Assembly: GCA_965242525.1 (NCBI GenBank)
Contig: OZ251459.1
Span: 1,824,001-1,888,000 of the forward strand
DNA: 64,000 bases
Source: an uncultured Candidatus Binatia bacterium
GTDB lineage: Bacteria; Desulfobacterota; Binatia; UBA9968; JAJDTQ01
Reading direction: 5' to 3'
Below are positions 10,305-19,676 of this stretch, one piece after another; within the stretch, counting starts at the first letter, position 1; each line of letters opens with the position of its first letter. Under the pieces are notes generated by a model. That model saw only the letters and a list, made by a program, of their open reading frames with translations, did no database searches and was not told where the DNA came from. A program made the translations under genes and the position numbers.

Positions 10305-10329
10305 CCCCTCCCCTTCGAGGGGGAGGGGA
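10305..10329. repeat. GC-rich palindromic REP-like hairpin
   Basis: tcccctcccc-ttcga-gggggagggga between the lipoprotein stop and the acyl-CoA dehydrogenase promoter. Confidence 0.5.
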
Positions 10330-10389
10330 CGCCAAGCCGTGGGACTCCGCCCGGGGGAAAGCCGGAAGGGCCGGGAAGGGCGAGGGGTT

Positions 10390-12261
10390 TTATTGGCTTT
10401 CGGCGCCGTATGCGCCGACGATGTGGAGGGCGTCGTTGTTGGAACCGGCGGTGGAGGCGGTGAAAGTCCCCACGGCGTAGTCTGCGTCGCCGCCGGACCG
10501 GTTCCGGAAGAACTGGACTCCCCACTGTCCGGACAGACTCTGGCCGTCCGCTGAACCGCCGGTACCGCCGTAGAAGAGATCGTCCGTCATGGGTTCGCTC
10601 GCGGGTTCGTTCGTGGAAGACAATCCGGCATTGAGGTCCACCGTCCATTCACCGAGGGGTTCGCCGTTCTCCCTGAAATTGGTGACGCTTCCGGCAAACT
10701 GGGCTCCCGTGAAGTTGCCGGCGCCGCCGAAGTTCGCGTTGATGGTGGCCGTTGCGGTGAAGGAACCGACCTTTGCGCTTCGGAGCTTGCGTGAAAGGAG
10801 CGAGCCGCGGTAGGCGGCCTTCGAGTAGAGGCCGGTCGCCGGCCCTTCGTACGTGGCCGTGCCGGAGAGGGCCTGGAGGTTGGTGTTGGTGAGCGCAGTC
10901 GCTGCATGGCCCTGGGCAAAGACCCCCAGGTTGTACTGCCAGTTAGGGGCGTTGCGGTCCTTGGGCAGCACCAGCCATGCTCCGAGGGTCAGGTAGTATT
11001 CGTCCGCGCTTCCCCCTTCGGGCTGTTGCTCGATGTTCGAGTAGAGGACGGCATGCACGGTATGTGGCGGGGTAGTCCTTCCGCTAATCATGGTTCTGCC
11101 CAGCGCCACGCCGTTCCAACCGGTTCCGAGGCTGGGGATGGCACTGTCTTCGTCAACCGAGAAGTCGCTGCCTTCCGCGCCGCCGCCCGTGCCTGCCACG
11201 GCCAACTCCAAGGTGGGCGCGTCGTCGCTGCTGGCCCAGGTTGCGGTGGGCGTCACCGTGCGGCTGGGCTCCCCCAGGTAGTTCTTGGAGTTCTGCACGA
11301 TGGCCCCGGCCCTTTTGACCCGCCCCCCCACGTCGCTTCGGAGCAGGGCGTTGGGGGTGTCGAAGGCGGCTAGCAGCAGCCTCCCCTGGAGGCCCTTCGC
11401 ATGGGCTCCGTTGGAAGTCCCGGCAGGGCCGTTGTTGGCCTGCCAGACCATCTCGTTGCTCGCGGTCACCACGACGGAGGTCATGCCGCCCGTGGATTCG
11501 GCGGCGCCGTACTCGTAGGTGACCACGCAGTCCTGGCCGTCAGCCGGGCATGCGAGGACATGGCTCCTGCCCCTGGAATAGCCTATCTCCCGGCTCTCAC
11601 CCGCAGGGATCGTCGTACTCTCGGCCAGGGTATGACCGCTCGGCAGGTACAGGGTGGTGTATGTCACTACCCGGAGCGCACCGCCCGTGGATTCGGCGGC
11701 GCCGCCTGCCGCAACGGTGAGGACGCAGTCTTCGCCGTCAGCGGGGCAGGTGACCACCGTCCTCGTGTCGAAGTCGCTGTGAACCAGTCGGCTCTGACCG
11801 GCCAGGATCGTGCCCGGTTCCAGCGTACTACCCTCAGGCAGTCCCGTTATGGGGGTGTATGTCGCCAACGTGGGGGTACCGCCCGAGGATTGGGCCGTGC
11901 CGTCCGCGGCAACGGTGAGGACGCAGTCTTCGCCACCGGCCGGGCAGGAAGCGACGATCTTCTTGCCATCTTCCTCCCCAACTTGTCGGCTTTCGCCCGC
12001 AGGGATCGTGGTGTCGCCCGGCGTGAGTGTACGATCCTCAGGCAATCCCGTTACGGGAATTGGGGAGGGGGGGGGGGGGGGGGGGGGGACAGTCGTCTTG
12101 CCGCCGCCGCCGCAGCCGGCCAGGGCCGCGCTCACCAGAACGGTTGCCAGGACGAATGGAAGGGAGTGCGGCACTCCCCATCCCGTCATTCCCGCGAAAG
12201 CGGGAATCCGCTTTCCCTCCTGCCTTGCCCGCTTGAAAGCGTGGAGAGCCGGATTTGTCAT
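10390..12261 (-). CDS. Surface lipoprotein with three Cys-pair repeats and a C-terminal TbpB-like beta-barrel
   Basis: AGGAGG RBS before ATG 12261; lipobox LAGC then GGGG and poly-Pro; three TIPAGESR...CPAxGEDCV...STGG repeats; GTATYEGPATGLY and terminal VGAYGA typical of transferrin-binding-like barrels. Confidence 0.75.
   Translation of the reverse strand: MTNPALHAFKRARQEGKRIPAFAGMTGWGVPHSLPFVLATVLVSAALAGCGGGGKTTVPPPPPPPSPIPVTGLPEDRTLTPGDTTIPAGESRQVGEEDGKKIVASCPAGGEDCVLTVAADGTAQSSGGTPTLATYTPITGLPEGSTLEPGTILAGQSRLVHSDFDTRTVVTCPADGEDCVLTVAAGGAAESTGGALRVVTYTTLYLPSGHTLAESTTIPAGESREIGYSRGRSHVLACPADGQDCVVTYEYGAAESTGGMTSVVVTASNEMVWQANNGPAGTSNGAHAKGLQGRLLLAAFDTPNALLRSDVGGRVKRAGAIVQNSKNYLGEPSRTVTPTATWASSDDAPTLELAVAGTGGGAEGSDFSVDEDSAIPSLGTGWNGVALGRTMISGRTTPPHTVHAVLYSNIEQQPEGGSADEYYLTLGAWLVLPKDRNAPNWQYNLGVFAQGHAATALTNTNLQALSGTATYEGPATGLYSKAAYRGSLLSRKLRSAKVGSFTATATINANFGGAGNFTGAQFAGSVTNFRENGEPLGEWTVDLNAGLSSTNEPASEPMTDDLFYGGTGGSADGQSLSGQWGVQFFRNRSGGDADYAVGTFTASTAGSNNDALHIVGAYGAESQ
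12067..12088 (-). repeat. C22 homopolymer on the coding strand encoding poly-Pro
   Basis: 22 consecutive G on the + strand. Confidence 0.9.
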
Positions 12262-12493
12262 GTGAAGTTTCCTCCTGGGTCCATACGGAGCGCCCGGGGT
12301 GAAAAGGGGTCGAACCCTTCCCAACCCATCGAGAATAGGAAGCGACGTTCCGGCGTGCCGACAAGCTGACCGCTGTTTCCGGTAGAGAGGGACGCGCTCA
12401 TGCCCCTTATCCCGATCGTTCAAGGGTTCCTTGATTTCGGGTTGTTCGTGAGCGGCGTAGTTGTCGGCGGTCACAGGGCCGCCGACGCGACAT

Positions 12494-12514
12494 GGGGGGG
12501 GGGGGGGGGGGGGG
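12494..12514. repeat. G21 homopolymer in the intergenic region upstream of the lipoprotein
   Basis: 21 consecutive G. Confidence 0.9.
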
Positions 12515-12593
12515 CATTCTCTTGGCGATGGCAGCGATGGGTTTGCCCTGAATGCAGCATGGCCGGACTCCTTTTGCTACTCGATCATGTTCA

Positions 12594-12722
12594 GGAACAT
12601 CGGAACGGTCGAGACATCCGGGATGGGTTCCCTCACCCTGACCCCATCTCCGTTCGTCCTGAGCGTAGCGAAGCGGAGTCGAAGGGCGCACTCATCCCTC
12701 TGCCCAATTGTCCAGTGTCTCC
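12594..12722. mobile_element. Degenerate IS5-ended MITE copy with REP core
   Basis: gagacatccgggatgg...ccctcaccctgac...gttcgtcctgagcgtagcgaagcggagtcgaagg matches the intact copy at 27690; ends decayed. A further right-half remnant lies at about 12390-12430. Confidence 0.7.
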
Positions 12723-12798
12723 TTTATATCATCTTTCCGCGGGATTGACACCCCCAAGCCCCTCGCCTCTGGCGGTGGATCCGGGAAGAGCCGCGCCG

Positions 12799-12827
12799 TT
12801 GACAACCCGGCGCATGGCGGTTAAGTT
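12799..12827 (+). promoter_or_regulatory. Putative sigma70 promoter
   Basis: TTGACA-N17-TAAGTT about 30 nt upstream of ATG 12858. Confidence 0.5.
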
Positions 12828-12857
12828 GGGGGCAGCTTACCCGTGCGAGGCACGCAT

Positions 12858-13172
12858 ATGCCCATCTACGAGTACAAGTGCGCGGAATGCGGCGTTTTCG
12901 AGGCGACCCAGAGGATCACCGAGGATCCGCTGGAGGAGTGTCCCACGTGCCAGGGCAAGGTCCGGAAGCTCATCTCGAACACGTCGTTCCAACTCAAGGG
13001 CTCCGGTTGGTACGTCACCGATTACGGACGGGGCAAGGGTTCCAACGGAGACAAGGGAGAGGGCGCCGCCAGCGAAGGCAAGGACTCCTCCGACTCGGCA
13101 TCATCGACGGGCGGCAAAACCTCCGAAAAGTCATCCTCCGGTGACGGCGCCGCGGCCAACGCATCCCAATAG
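12858..13172 (+). CDS. FmdB-family zinc-ribbon protein
   Basis: [12 protein letters not shown]...CPTC...[11 protein letters not shown] plus a low-complexity tail. Confidence 0.9.
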   Translation: MPIYEYKCAECGVFEATQRITEDPLEECPTCQGKVRKLISNTSFQLKGSGWYVTDYGRGKGSNGDKGEGAASEGKDSSDSASSTGGKTSEKSSSGDGAAANASQ

Positions 13173-13264
13173 ACGCCCGCGCGCCTCGGACCGTCCCCGG
13201 GCATACGCGGGAGGCGTCGAGGCGTGAGCCACCGTTCAGTGCGTCGAGCCGCGGCAGGCGCCCC

Positions 13265-14068
13265 ATGAAGACGAAACCGCTCGGCAGCGCCGGGGTTCGG
13301 GTTCCCGAGATCGGGCTGGGGGTCTGGAAGTACCGGGGCGGGGTCGAACCCTTGCGGCGCGGCATCGAGCTGGGCGCCAACCTCATCGACACGGCCGAAA
13401 TGTACCGGACCGAGGACGTGGTGGGCGAGGCGGTTCGAGGGATCCGCGAGCGGGTCTTCATCGCCAGCAAGGTTTCCGGGGACCACCTGGGATACGACGA
13501 CGTGCTCCGGGCTGCGGAGGCCAGCCTGCGGCGCCTGGACGTGGACGCCATCGACCTCTACCAGGTCCACTGGCCGAACCCCCGCACGCCCATCGGGGAG
13601 ACCATGCGGGCCATGGAGGCGCTGGCGGATTCGGGCCGGATCAAGTACATCGGCGTGAGCAACTTCTCCACGGACCAGTTGGCCGAAGCCCGGGCCGCCA
13701 TGAGCCACCATCCCATCGTGTCGAACCAGGTCCTGTACAACCTCCGGAGACGCGACGTCGAGCGGAAGCTGATGCCCTATTGCGAGCGTCACGCCGTCAC
13801 CATCATCGCCTACACCCCGCTGGACAGCGGCAAGCTGGCGGCCGAGGCCGGTCGGTTCGCGTCGAAGGGGACGAAAGCGCTCCGGGAGGTCGCCGAAGGG
13901 AACCGGAAGACGCCCGCCCAGGCGGCGCTCAACTGGTGCGTCTCCCACGAGAGCGTCATCGCCATCCCCAAGTCCGACAGCGTCTCCCGCACCACCGAGA
14001 ACTGCGGCGCGTCGGACTGGCGGCTGTCCGACGAAGACATGGCCCGCCTGGACCGGGCCTTCGCTTAG
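13265..14068 (+). CDS. Aldo/keto reductase
   Basis: IDTAEMY, FIASKV, IDLYQVHWP, IGVSNF, AYTPL, AIPK. Confidence 0.93.
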   Translation: MKTKPLGSAGVRVPEIGLGVWKYRGGVEPLRRGIELGANLIDTAEMYRTEDVVGEAVRGIRERVFIASKVSGDHLGYDDVLRAAEASLRRLDVDAIDLYQVHWPNPRTPIGETMRAMEALADSGRIKYIGVSNFSTDQLAEARAAMSHHPIVSNQVLYNLRRRDVERKLMPYCERHAVTIIAYTPLDSGKLAAEAGRFASKGTKALREVAEGNRKTPAQAALNWCVSHESVIAIPKSDSVSRTTENCGASDWRLSDEDMARLDRAFA

Positions 14069-14185
14069 GGAGCCCGTCACGGACGATTCGTTGGCGGGGC
14101 GCCCGGGACCTGAAGGCAAAGCGCCCGTTGGAGCAGACGGGCGGCAACGCCGGTCCTGCCCGGCCGAGGAGGCTTGAGCCACCCA

Positions 14186-15559
14186 ATGGACTTTTCCGCG
14201 CTGGAGCGCACCGGGGCCGCGGCTTTCTTCTCCGAGTTCGGGAAGAGGATCTACAACCCCCAGGGCATCCTCTACTGGACCCGCAAGGCCAGGGCCGGGG
14301 CCCGGATCAACGCCACCATCGGATCGGCGCGGGGACGCGAGAGCGCGGTGTTCCCCGAGGGCGGAGAGCGCCGGATCACCCTCTGCGCGCCGCTGATCCA
14401 CTCGTTCTTCCACGGACTGGACACCGAGGAGGTGGTCCCGTACACGCCGGAGACCGGCACCCCCGCCTTCCGTGCGGCATGGCGCGGGTGGGTCCTGGGG
14501 CGCGCGGGGGACGAGTCCCCACGGCTGGAAAGGCAACTGCACCAGCCGATCCTCACGCCGGGGATCACCGCGGCCATCAGCATCTGCGCGCGGATGTTCG
14601 TGGACCCGGGCCGGTCCATCATCGTCGCGGACCGGCGCTGGGAGAACTACGACCACGTCCTCGGACGGAACCTCGGCCTCGACGTCGTGGACTTCCCGCT
14701 GCTCCGGGACGGCGACCTGAACGCGGCCGGGTTGCTGGCCGCGGTGCAACGGGTGTGGCGCCGGCAGGACGTGGCGGTGGCGCTGCTCAACTTCCCCAAC
14801 AACCCGACGGGGTTCTGCCCTTCCGAGGCCGCAGGCCGCGGTCTCGTGGACGGGCTGGAGCGGCTTGCCCAGGAGTCCGAAAAACGCCTGGTGCTGCTGT
14901 TCGACGACGCCTACGAGAGCTACGTATATGACCCCGCGGCCATGCAGTCGTCGCTCTTCTACCGGGTCCGGCCCCGGTCCAACCTCCTGCCCGTGAAGAT
15001 CGACGGGGTCACCAAGGAACTGCTGTGGTACGGCGGGCGCGCGGGCGCCGTCTCGCTGGCCTGTCCCGACGACTGGCGCGCCCCGAACGGCGCCGGGAGC
15101 CTGGCGGAGGAGCTGGACAACAAGTTCGGCGGGGTCATCCGGGGCCTGTTCTCCAACAGCGCGACGGTCACCCAGTCCGTGGCCACCAAGGCCCTCGCCC
15201 GGATGGACCGGCTGCTGGACGAACGCCGCCGGACCTTCGACCTGCTGAAGCAGCGGTACGAGACCCTGAAGCAGGAGCTCGACGGGTTGGACACCGACCT
15301 CCTCGCCGTGGAGCCGTTCCACGGAGGCTTCTTCTGCTTCGTGAACCTGCTGCCGGAGTCGGGGCTCAGGGCCACGGACGTGGCCAACCACCTGCTCGAC
15401 GAGCACGGGGTCGGCGCGGTGCCGTTCGAGGGAAGCGCCATGAACGGCCTCCGCATCGCCTACTGCGGCGTCGAGCGCGAGGACCTGCCGGAGTTGTGCC
15501 GCAGCCTGGCGCGGACCGTGAACGACCTGGCCGGAAGAAGGGCGCATGGGAAGGCTTGA
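14186..15559 (+). CDS. PLP-dependent class I/II aminotransferase
   Basis: NATIG, NFPNNPTG, DDAY, KIDGVTKE...GGRAG, LRIAY. Alternative TTG start at 14174. Confidence 0.85.
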   Translation: MDFSALERTGAAAFFSEFGKRIYNPQGILYWTRKARAGARINATIGSARGRESAVFPEGGERRITLCAPLIHSFFHGLDTEEVVPYTPETGTPAFRAAWRGWVLGRAGDESPRLERQLHQPILTPGITAAISICARMFVDPGRSIIVADRRWENYDHVLGRNLGLDVVDFPLLRDGDLNAAGLLAAVQRVWRRQDVAVALLNFPNNPTGFCPSEAAGRGLVDGLERLAQESEKRLVLLFDDAYESYVYDPAAMQSSLFYRVRPRSNLLPVKIDGVTKELLWYGGRAGAVSLACPDDWRAPNGAGSLAEELDNKFGGVIRGLFSNSATVTQSVATKALARMDRLLDERRRTFDLLKQRYETLKQELDGLDTDLLAVEPFHGGFFCFVNLLPESGLRATDVANHLLDEHGVGAVPFEGSAMNGLRIAYCGVEREDLPELCRSLARTVNDLAGRRAHGKA

Positions 15560-16277
15560 CGCAAAGGTGGCGGTGGTCACCGGCGCCAGCCGCGGCATCG
15601 GCCGGGCGGTGGCGCTGGAGTTCGCACGCGAGGGCGCGGTACTGGCCATCGTCGGGGTGCAGGACCGGGCGGCTCTCGATTCGGTCCAGCGGGAGCTCTC
15701 GGAGCTCGGCGCCGAAAGCATGGCGCGGACGGTGGACGTGGGCCGACGGTCCCAGGTGGACGCGCTGGTGAACGAAGTAAACGAGCGCTGGGGCCGCATC
15801 GACGTGCTGGTCAACAACGCGGGCGTCCTGAGGCTGGCGCGGTTCGAGGAAATCACCGAGGACCAGTGGGACGAGACCATCCGGGTCCATCTCAAGGGGA
15901 CCTTCAACTGCACCCAGGCGGTGCTGCCCTCCATGAAACGGCAACGGTCGGGCAAGATCATCAACCTGACCGGGCCCGCGGCGCTGCGGCCTTCCCACGG
16001 CGTGTCCGACTACGCCAGCGCCAAGGGCGGGATCATCGCGTTGACCTTCAACGTCGCCAACGAGATGAAGCCCCACAACATCCAGGTCAACTGCGTCTCG
16101 CCGGTGGCGGACACGCGCATGACCGACGCCATCGCCGAGTTCCGCGGCCGCGAGCAGGCCGCCCGGGCGCGGCCGAACCCGGTTCCCGCGGAGGCGGTGG
16201 CGCCGGCGTTCGTCTTCTTCGCGTCCGGCGACAGCGACTACGTTACCGGCCAGGTCCTGGGGTTCGAACGGCCATGA
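15546..16277 (+). CDS. Short-chain dehydrogenase/reductase (FabG-like)
   Basis: TGASRGIG, LVNNAG, YASAK. Confidence 0.92.
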   Translation: MGRLDAKVAVVTGASRGIGRAVALEFAREGAVLAIVGVQDRAALDSVQRELSELGAESMARTVDVGRRSQVDALVNEVNERWGRIDVLVNNAGVLRLARFEEITEDQWDETIRVHLKGTFNCTQAVLPSMKRQRSGKIINLTGPAALRPSHGVSDYASAKGGIIALTFNVANEMKPHNIQVNCVSPVADTRMTDAIAEFRGREQAARARPNPVPAEAVAPAFVFFASGDSDYVTGQVLGFERP

Positions 16278-16410
16278 GACCGGGGCGCGTCCGGCGTCCT
16301 GCTTTCGCGGCAGGCGGAACCGGGGATGCGCCCCGTATCGAGCCCATGCAGCGCCCGGCATACCGGAACGACCCGCCAAGACGGCGGCGCAACGCGCAGG
16401 AGGCGAACCC

Positions 16411-17397
16411 ATGCCCGGAAACCGTGCAGGAGTCTGGCTGAGCGCCCTGGCGCTGAGCGCGCTCGCGGCCACCGCGGGGGCGCAACCCTTCGGTTACCAG
16501 GCGGTGCCGCGGGACGCGTTCCCGGTCTTCGACGACCCGGAGATGCTGGGCGCGGCGGAAGCCGAGGCGGAGCAGGTCATCTTCGACCGGGACGCGGTCA
16601 TCGGCGTCGCCCACCGCGGGGAAGCCAAGGCATACCCCATCACCATCATGGGCGTCCACGAGCTCGGCAACGACGTCATCGGAGGGACGCCCATCGCCAT
16701 CTCCTGGTGACCCCTGTGCCAGACGTCTATCGTGTATAGACGCCGACTCGACGACAGGGTGCTGAGCTTCGGGCACGCGGGCATACTCTACGAAAACTCG
16801 TTCGTCATGTACGACCGGGAGACCGATTCCCTGTGGGTCCACGTCACCGGGGAAGCCGCCTTCGGCCCCCTCGAGGGGAAGCGGCTCGAATTCATGCCGT
16901 CCACGGTGACGAGTTGGGCCAAATGGAAGAAGAACTATCCACACACCCGGGTGCTGCCGGGCTACCGGCGGGGCGGGTTCATGGGGACCTACGTGGGTCC
17001 CTTCCAGAGCGACATCCTCGGTCTGGCGGTGGTGGTCCGGTTCGAGAGCAAACTCTACCCCTACCGGGCGCTGGAGCAACGGAACGTGGTCAACGACGAG
17101 TTCAACGGCGCCAAGGTCCTGGTCTTCTATTCCCCGGACGACGCCACCGCCACGGCTTGGCGCCGGGAGCTCGACCATCGCGTGTTGACGTTCGCGCGTT
17201 CGGACCGAAAGGACGCCCAGGGCCACGCGCTGCTGCGCGACAACGAGACCGGCAGCCTTTGGTCGTGGCTGCGCGGAGAAGCCCTGGAGGGGCCACTCAA
17301 GGGGAGAAAGCTCCGGCAACTCCCGTACAACCCGATCCTGAACGAGCGCTTCGCCGCCTTCTATCCGGGCGCCCCGGTGTTCGATACGGCGAACTGA
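16411..17397 (+). CDS. DUF3179-family exported selenoprotein (Sec at TGA 16708-16710)
   Basis: ORFs 16411-16710 and 16732-17397 are in the same frame. Read-through gives HELGNDVIGGTPIAISW-U-PLCQTS, where the family motif is TYCPLC; also GILYEN, MYDRETDSLW and an N-terminal signal peptide. Confidence 0.85.
16722..16744 (+). promoter_or_regulatory. Putative bacterial SECIS hairpin
   Basis: Stem cgtctat (16724-16730)/atagacg (16736-16742), loop cgtgt starting 21 nt after the UGA, with G as second loop base. Confidence 0.65.
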
Positions 17398-17472
17398 CGC
17401 CCCGGTATCGGAAAACGCTCGCATATTCGTTATATTGAACTCGTTATATTGAACGCAGACTCCGGGAAGCGT

Positions 17473-18612
17473 ATGGAAGCACCAGAGGCGCACGAGGATA
17501 TTCCGAGGTCCATGAGCGGGACTGCCGACCAGATTCGCGAAGCGCGGGAGCAAAAGGGACTGACGCTGGCGCAGGTGGAAGAGGCCACGCGCATCCCGCT
17601 CTACTACCTGGAGATCCTCGAAGGCACGGGGAACGAGCGGCTCGTCTCGGACCGCCTCTACATGGTGCACTTCCTCCGCAGCTATGCGGCGTTCCTGGAC
17701 CTCCAGGTGGAGCCCCTGGAGGTGGAATTCCTGCGCGAGAACCGCCGCCGGGCAGCGGCCCTGCAAGCCCCCGAACAGGAGGCCCGTTCCCGGAAGCCCG
17801 TCTTCCTCGCGGTGACGGCCGCAGTGCTGGTGATGGCCGGGGTCGGCGTCTATCTCAATAACCCGACACTGCTCGACTTCCGTCCGGCAACGGTAGAGGA
17901 GCCGGCGCCGCCTTCGGCACCGGCGGACCAGCCCGTGACGCAGCCGTTCCCGACCCTGGACCCGCCCGGCACGGAGGACGCCGCCGCGGACTCCGTGCTG
18001 CAGCCGGAAGCCAACGAAACGAACCCCGCGGAACCCCGGCTGGTGGCCGCGCCGGAGCCGGAACCGGAGACCGCGGAGCCGGAACAGGAACCGGAGCCGG
18101 AACCCGTCGCCGCGGCGCCGGAGACGCCAGCGCCGCCGCAGGACGCTCCGGCGTCAACGGCCGCAACGGACGCGTCCACGCCGCAGCCGGAAGAGGAAGC
18201 AACCGCATCCCGCGCCGACGAGCCGCAACCGGCCGCAGCGAACCGCGGCGGGGAAGCGACCGAGCCTCCCGACGCCGCGCCCGTCCTCGCGGCTGCGGCG
18301 TCCGAGACCCAGGAAACCGAGGTCCCAGAGACCGAAACCCAGGAGACCCCGCCCGCGGACTCGCCGGACGCACAGAGCCTGACCATCGTGGCCCACGAGC
18401 AGTCATGGCTGCGGATCCGGGCCGACGACGAGAAGTCACGGGACATGCTCCTGGACCCCGGACAGGTCGCCACCCTATCCGCCCGGACCGGGTTCGTCAT
18501 CACCTTCGGCAACGCCGGGGGGGTCAGCCTCCGGTTCAACGGGGAGGAGATTCCTCCCGTGGGAAGGTCCGGCCAGGTGGTGCGCAACTTCAGGCTCCCG
18601 CCTCCCGAGTGA
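17473..18612 (+). CDS. rodZ: RodZ-like cytoskeletal protein (HTH_25, one TM helix, Pro/Glu linker, DUF4115)
   Basis: [33 protein letters not shown], one TM helix, C-terminal SWLRI..D..GNAGGV. Alternative start 17512. Confidence 0.8.
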   Translation: MEAPEAHEDIPRSMSGTADQIREAREQKGLTLAQVEEATRIPLYYLEILEGTGNERLVSDRLYMVHFLRSYAAFLDLQVEPLEVEFLRENRRRAAALQAPEQEARSRKPVFLAVTAAVLVMAGVGVYLNNPTLLDFRPATVEEPAPPSAPADQPVTQPFPTLDPPGTEDAAADSVLQPEANETNPAEPRLVAAPEPEPETAEPEQEPEPEPVAAAPETPAPPQDAPASTAATDASTPQPEEEATASRADEPQPAAANRGGEATEPPDAAPVLAAAASETQETEVPETETQETPPADSPDAQSLTIVAHEQSWLRIRADDEKSRDMLLDPGQVATLSARTGFVITFGNAGGVSLRFNGEEIPPVGRSGQVVRNFRLPPPE

Positions 18613-18620
18613 CCTCCGAC

Positions 18621-19676
18621 ATGATCGACCTCCGCTCCGACACCGTCACGACGCCCACGCCGGAGATGCTCCGGGCCATGACCGCCGCGGAAGTGGGCGA
18701 CGACGTCTATGGCGAAGACCCTACGGTCAACCGCCTCGAGGAGGAGGTGGCGGGGATCCTGGGCAAGGAGGCCGCGGTCTTCACGCCTTCGGGATCCATG
18801 GCCAACCAGATCGCCATCCGGCTCCATACCCGACCCGGAGACTCGGTCCTGTGCGAGGAAGGCTCTCATACCTTCGTCTATGAAGCGGGCGCCGGCGCCG
18901 CCCTTTCCGGGGTGCAGTTCGACCTCATCCCGTTCGGCGAGAACCTGTCCGACGAAGCCATCGCGGGCCGGTTCCGCGCCGACGGCCTGCACGAGGCGCC
19001 GTCCACCCTCATGCTGGTGGAGAACACCCACAACCGCGGGCGCGGGCGGGCCTTGCCGCGGCGGGAAACGGAACGGATCGTAGCCGCGGCCCGAGGCCTG
19101 GGACTCAGGACCCACTGCGACGGGGCCAGGATCTGGAACGCGGCCGCGGCCACCGGCGACTCCGAACGCGAGCTCGCCGCGGGCTTCGACACGGTGGCCG
19201 TCTGCTTTTCCAAGGGCCTCGGGGCGCCCGTGGGCTCCGCCTTGGCCGGCAGCCGCGAAGACGCGGCGCGGGCGCGGAAGATCCGCAAGCGCCTGGGCGG
19301 CGGCATGCGCCAAGCGGGGTTCCTGGCCGCGGCCGCGCTGTACGGGGTGCGGCAACATCGCGGCCGCCTCACGGAAGACCATCGGCGCGCCGCGGCCCTG
19401 GCCCGGGGCCTGGAAGAGCTGCTCCAGGACGGACGCCCGCTCCGGGTGGACGTCCCGGAACCGCCCACCAACATGGTCTATTGGCAAGCCGCCAACGGAC
19501 CGGAAGCGGTGGAGGAGTTGCGCCGCAAGGGCGTGCTCATGAACCATGTGGGCCGCGGCTGGATCCGGGCGGTCACCCATCTCCAGATCTCGGACTCGGA
19601 CATCCGCGACGCGCTCCTGCGCATCCGCGAGGCGCTGCCGGCATGCAGCCCCAAGAGGCACGATACGTCATCATAG
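18621..19676 (+). CDS. ltaE: Low-specificity L-threonine aldolase
   Basis: [56 protein letters not shown]. Confidence 0.93.
   Translation: MIDLRSDTVTTPTPEMLRAMTAAEVGDDVYGEDPTVNRLEEEVAGILGKEAAVFTPSGSMANQIAIRLHTRPGDSVLCEEGSHTFVYEAGAGAALSGVQFDLIPFGENLSDEAIAGRFRADGLHEAPSTLMLVENTHNRGRGRALPRRETERIVAAARGLGLRTHCDGARIWNAAAATGDSERELAAGFDTVAVCFSKGLGAPVGSALAGSREDAARARKIRKRLGGGMRQAGFLAAAALYGVRQHRGRLTEDHRRAAALARGLEELLQDGRPLRVDVPEPPTNMVYWQAANGPEAVEELRRKGVLMNHVGRGWIRAVTHLQISDSDIRDALLRIREALPACSPKRHDTSS

Noticed and set aside
12287-12351. GGGTTCGACCCC T-loop-like hairpin on the minus strand (tRNA or riboswitch?)
   Set aside because: No cloverleaf or recognisable riboswitch consensus; the ends resemble decayed MITE termini.
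10390-12474. 694-aa version of the lipoprotein starting at 12474
   Set aside because: The extension runs through MITE remnants; a strong RBS supports ATG 12261.
13022-15964. Very long opposite-strand ORFs (also 23368-26307, 55184-58192, 59106-61703) and the alternate-frame ORF 35101-37908
   Set aside because: Shadow frames of well-supported genes in high-GC DNA; no recognisable motifs.
16708-16710. Reading the DUF3179 TGA as a nonsense mutation or as two genes
   Set aside because: The TGA sits exactly at the conserved Cys position, a SECIS-like hairpin follows, and the rest of the gene is intact.
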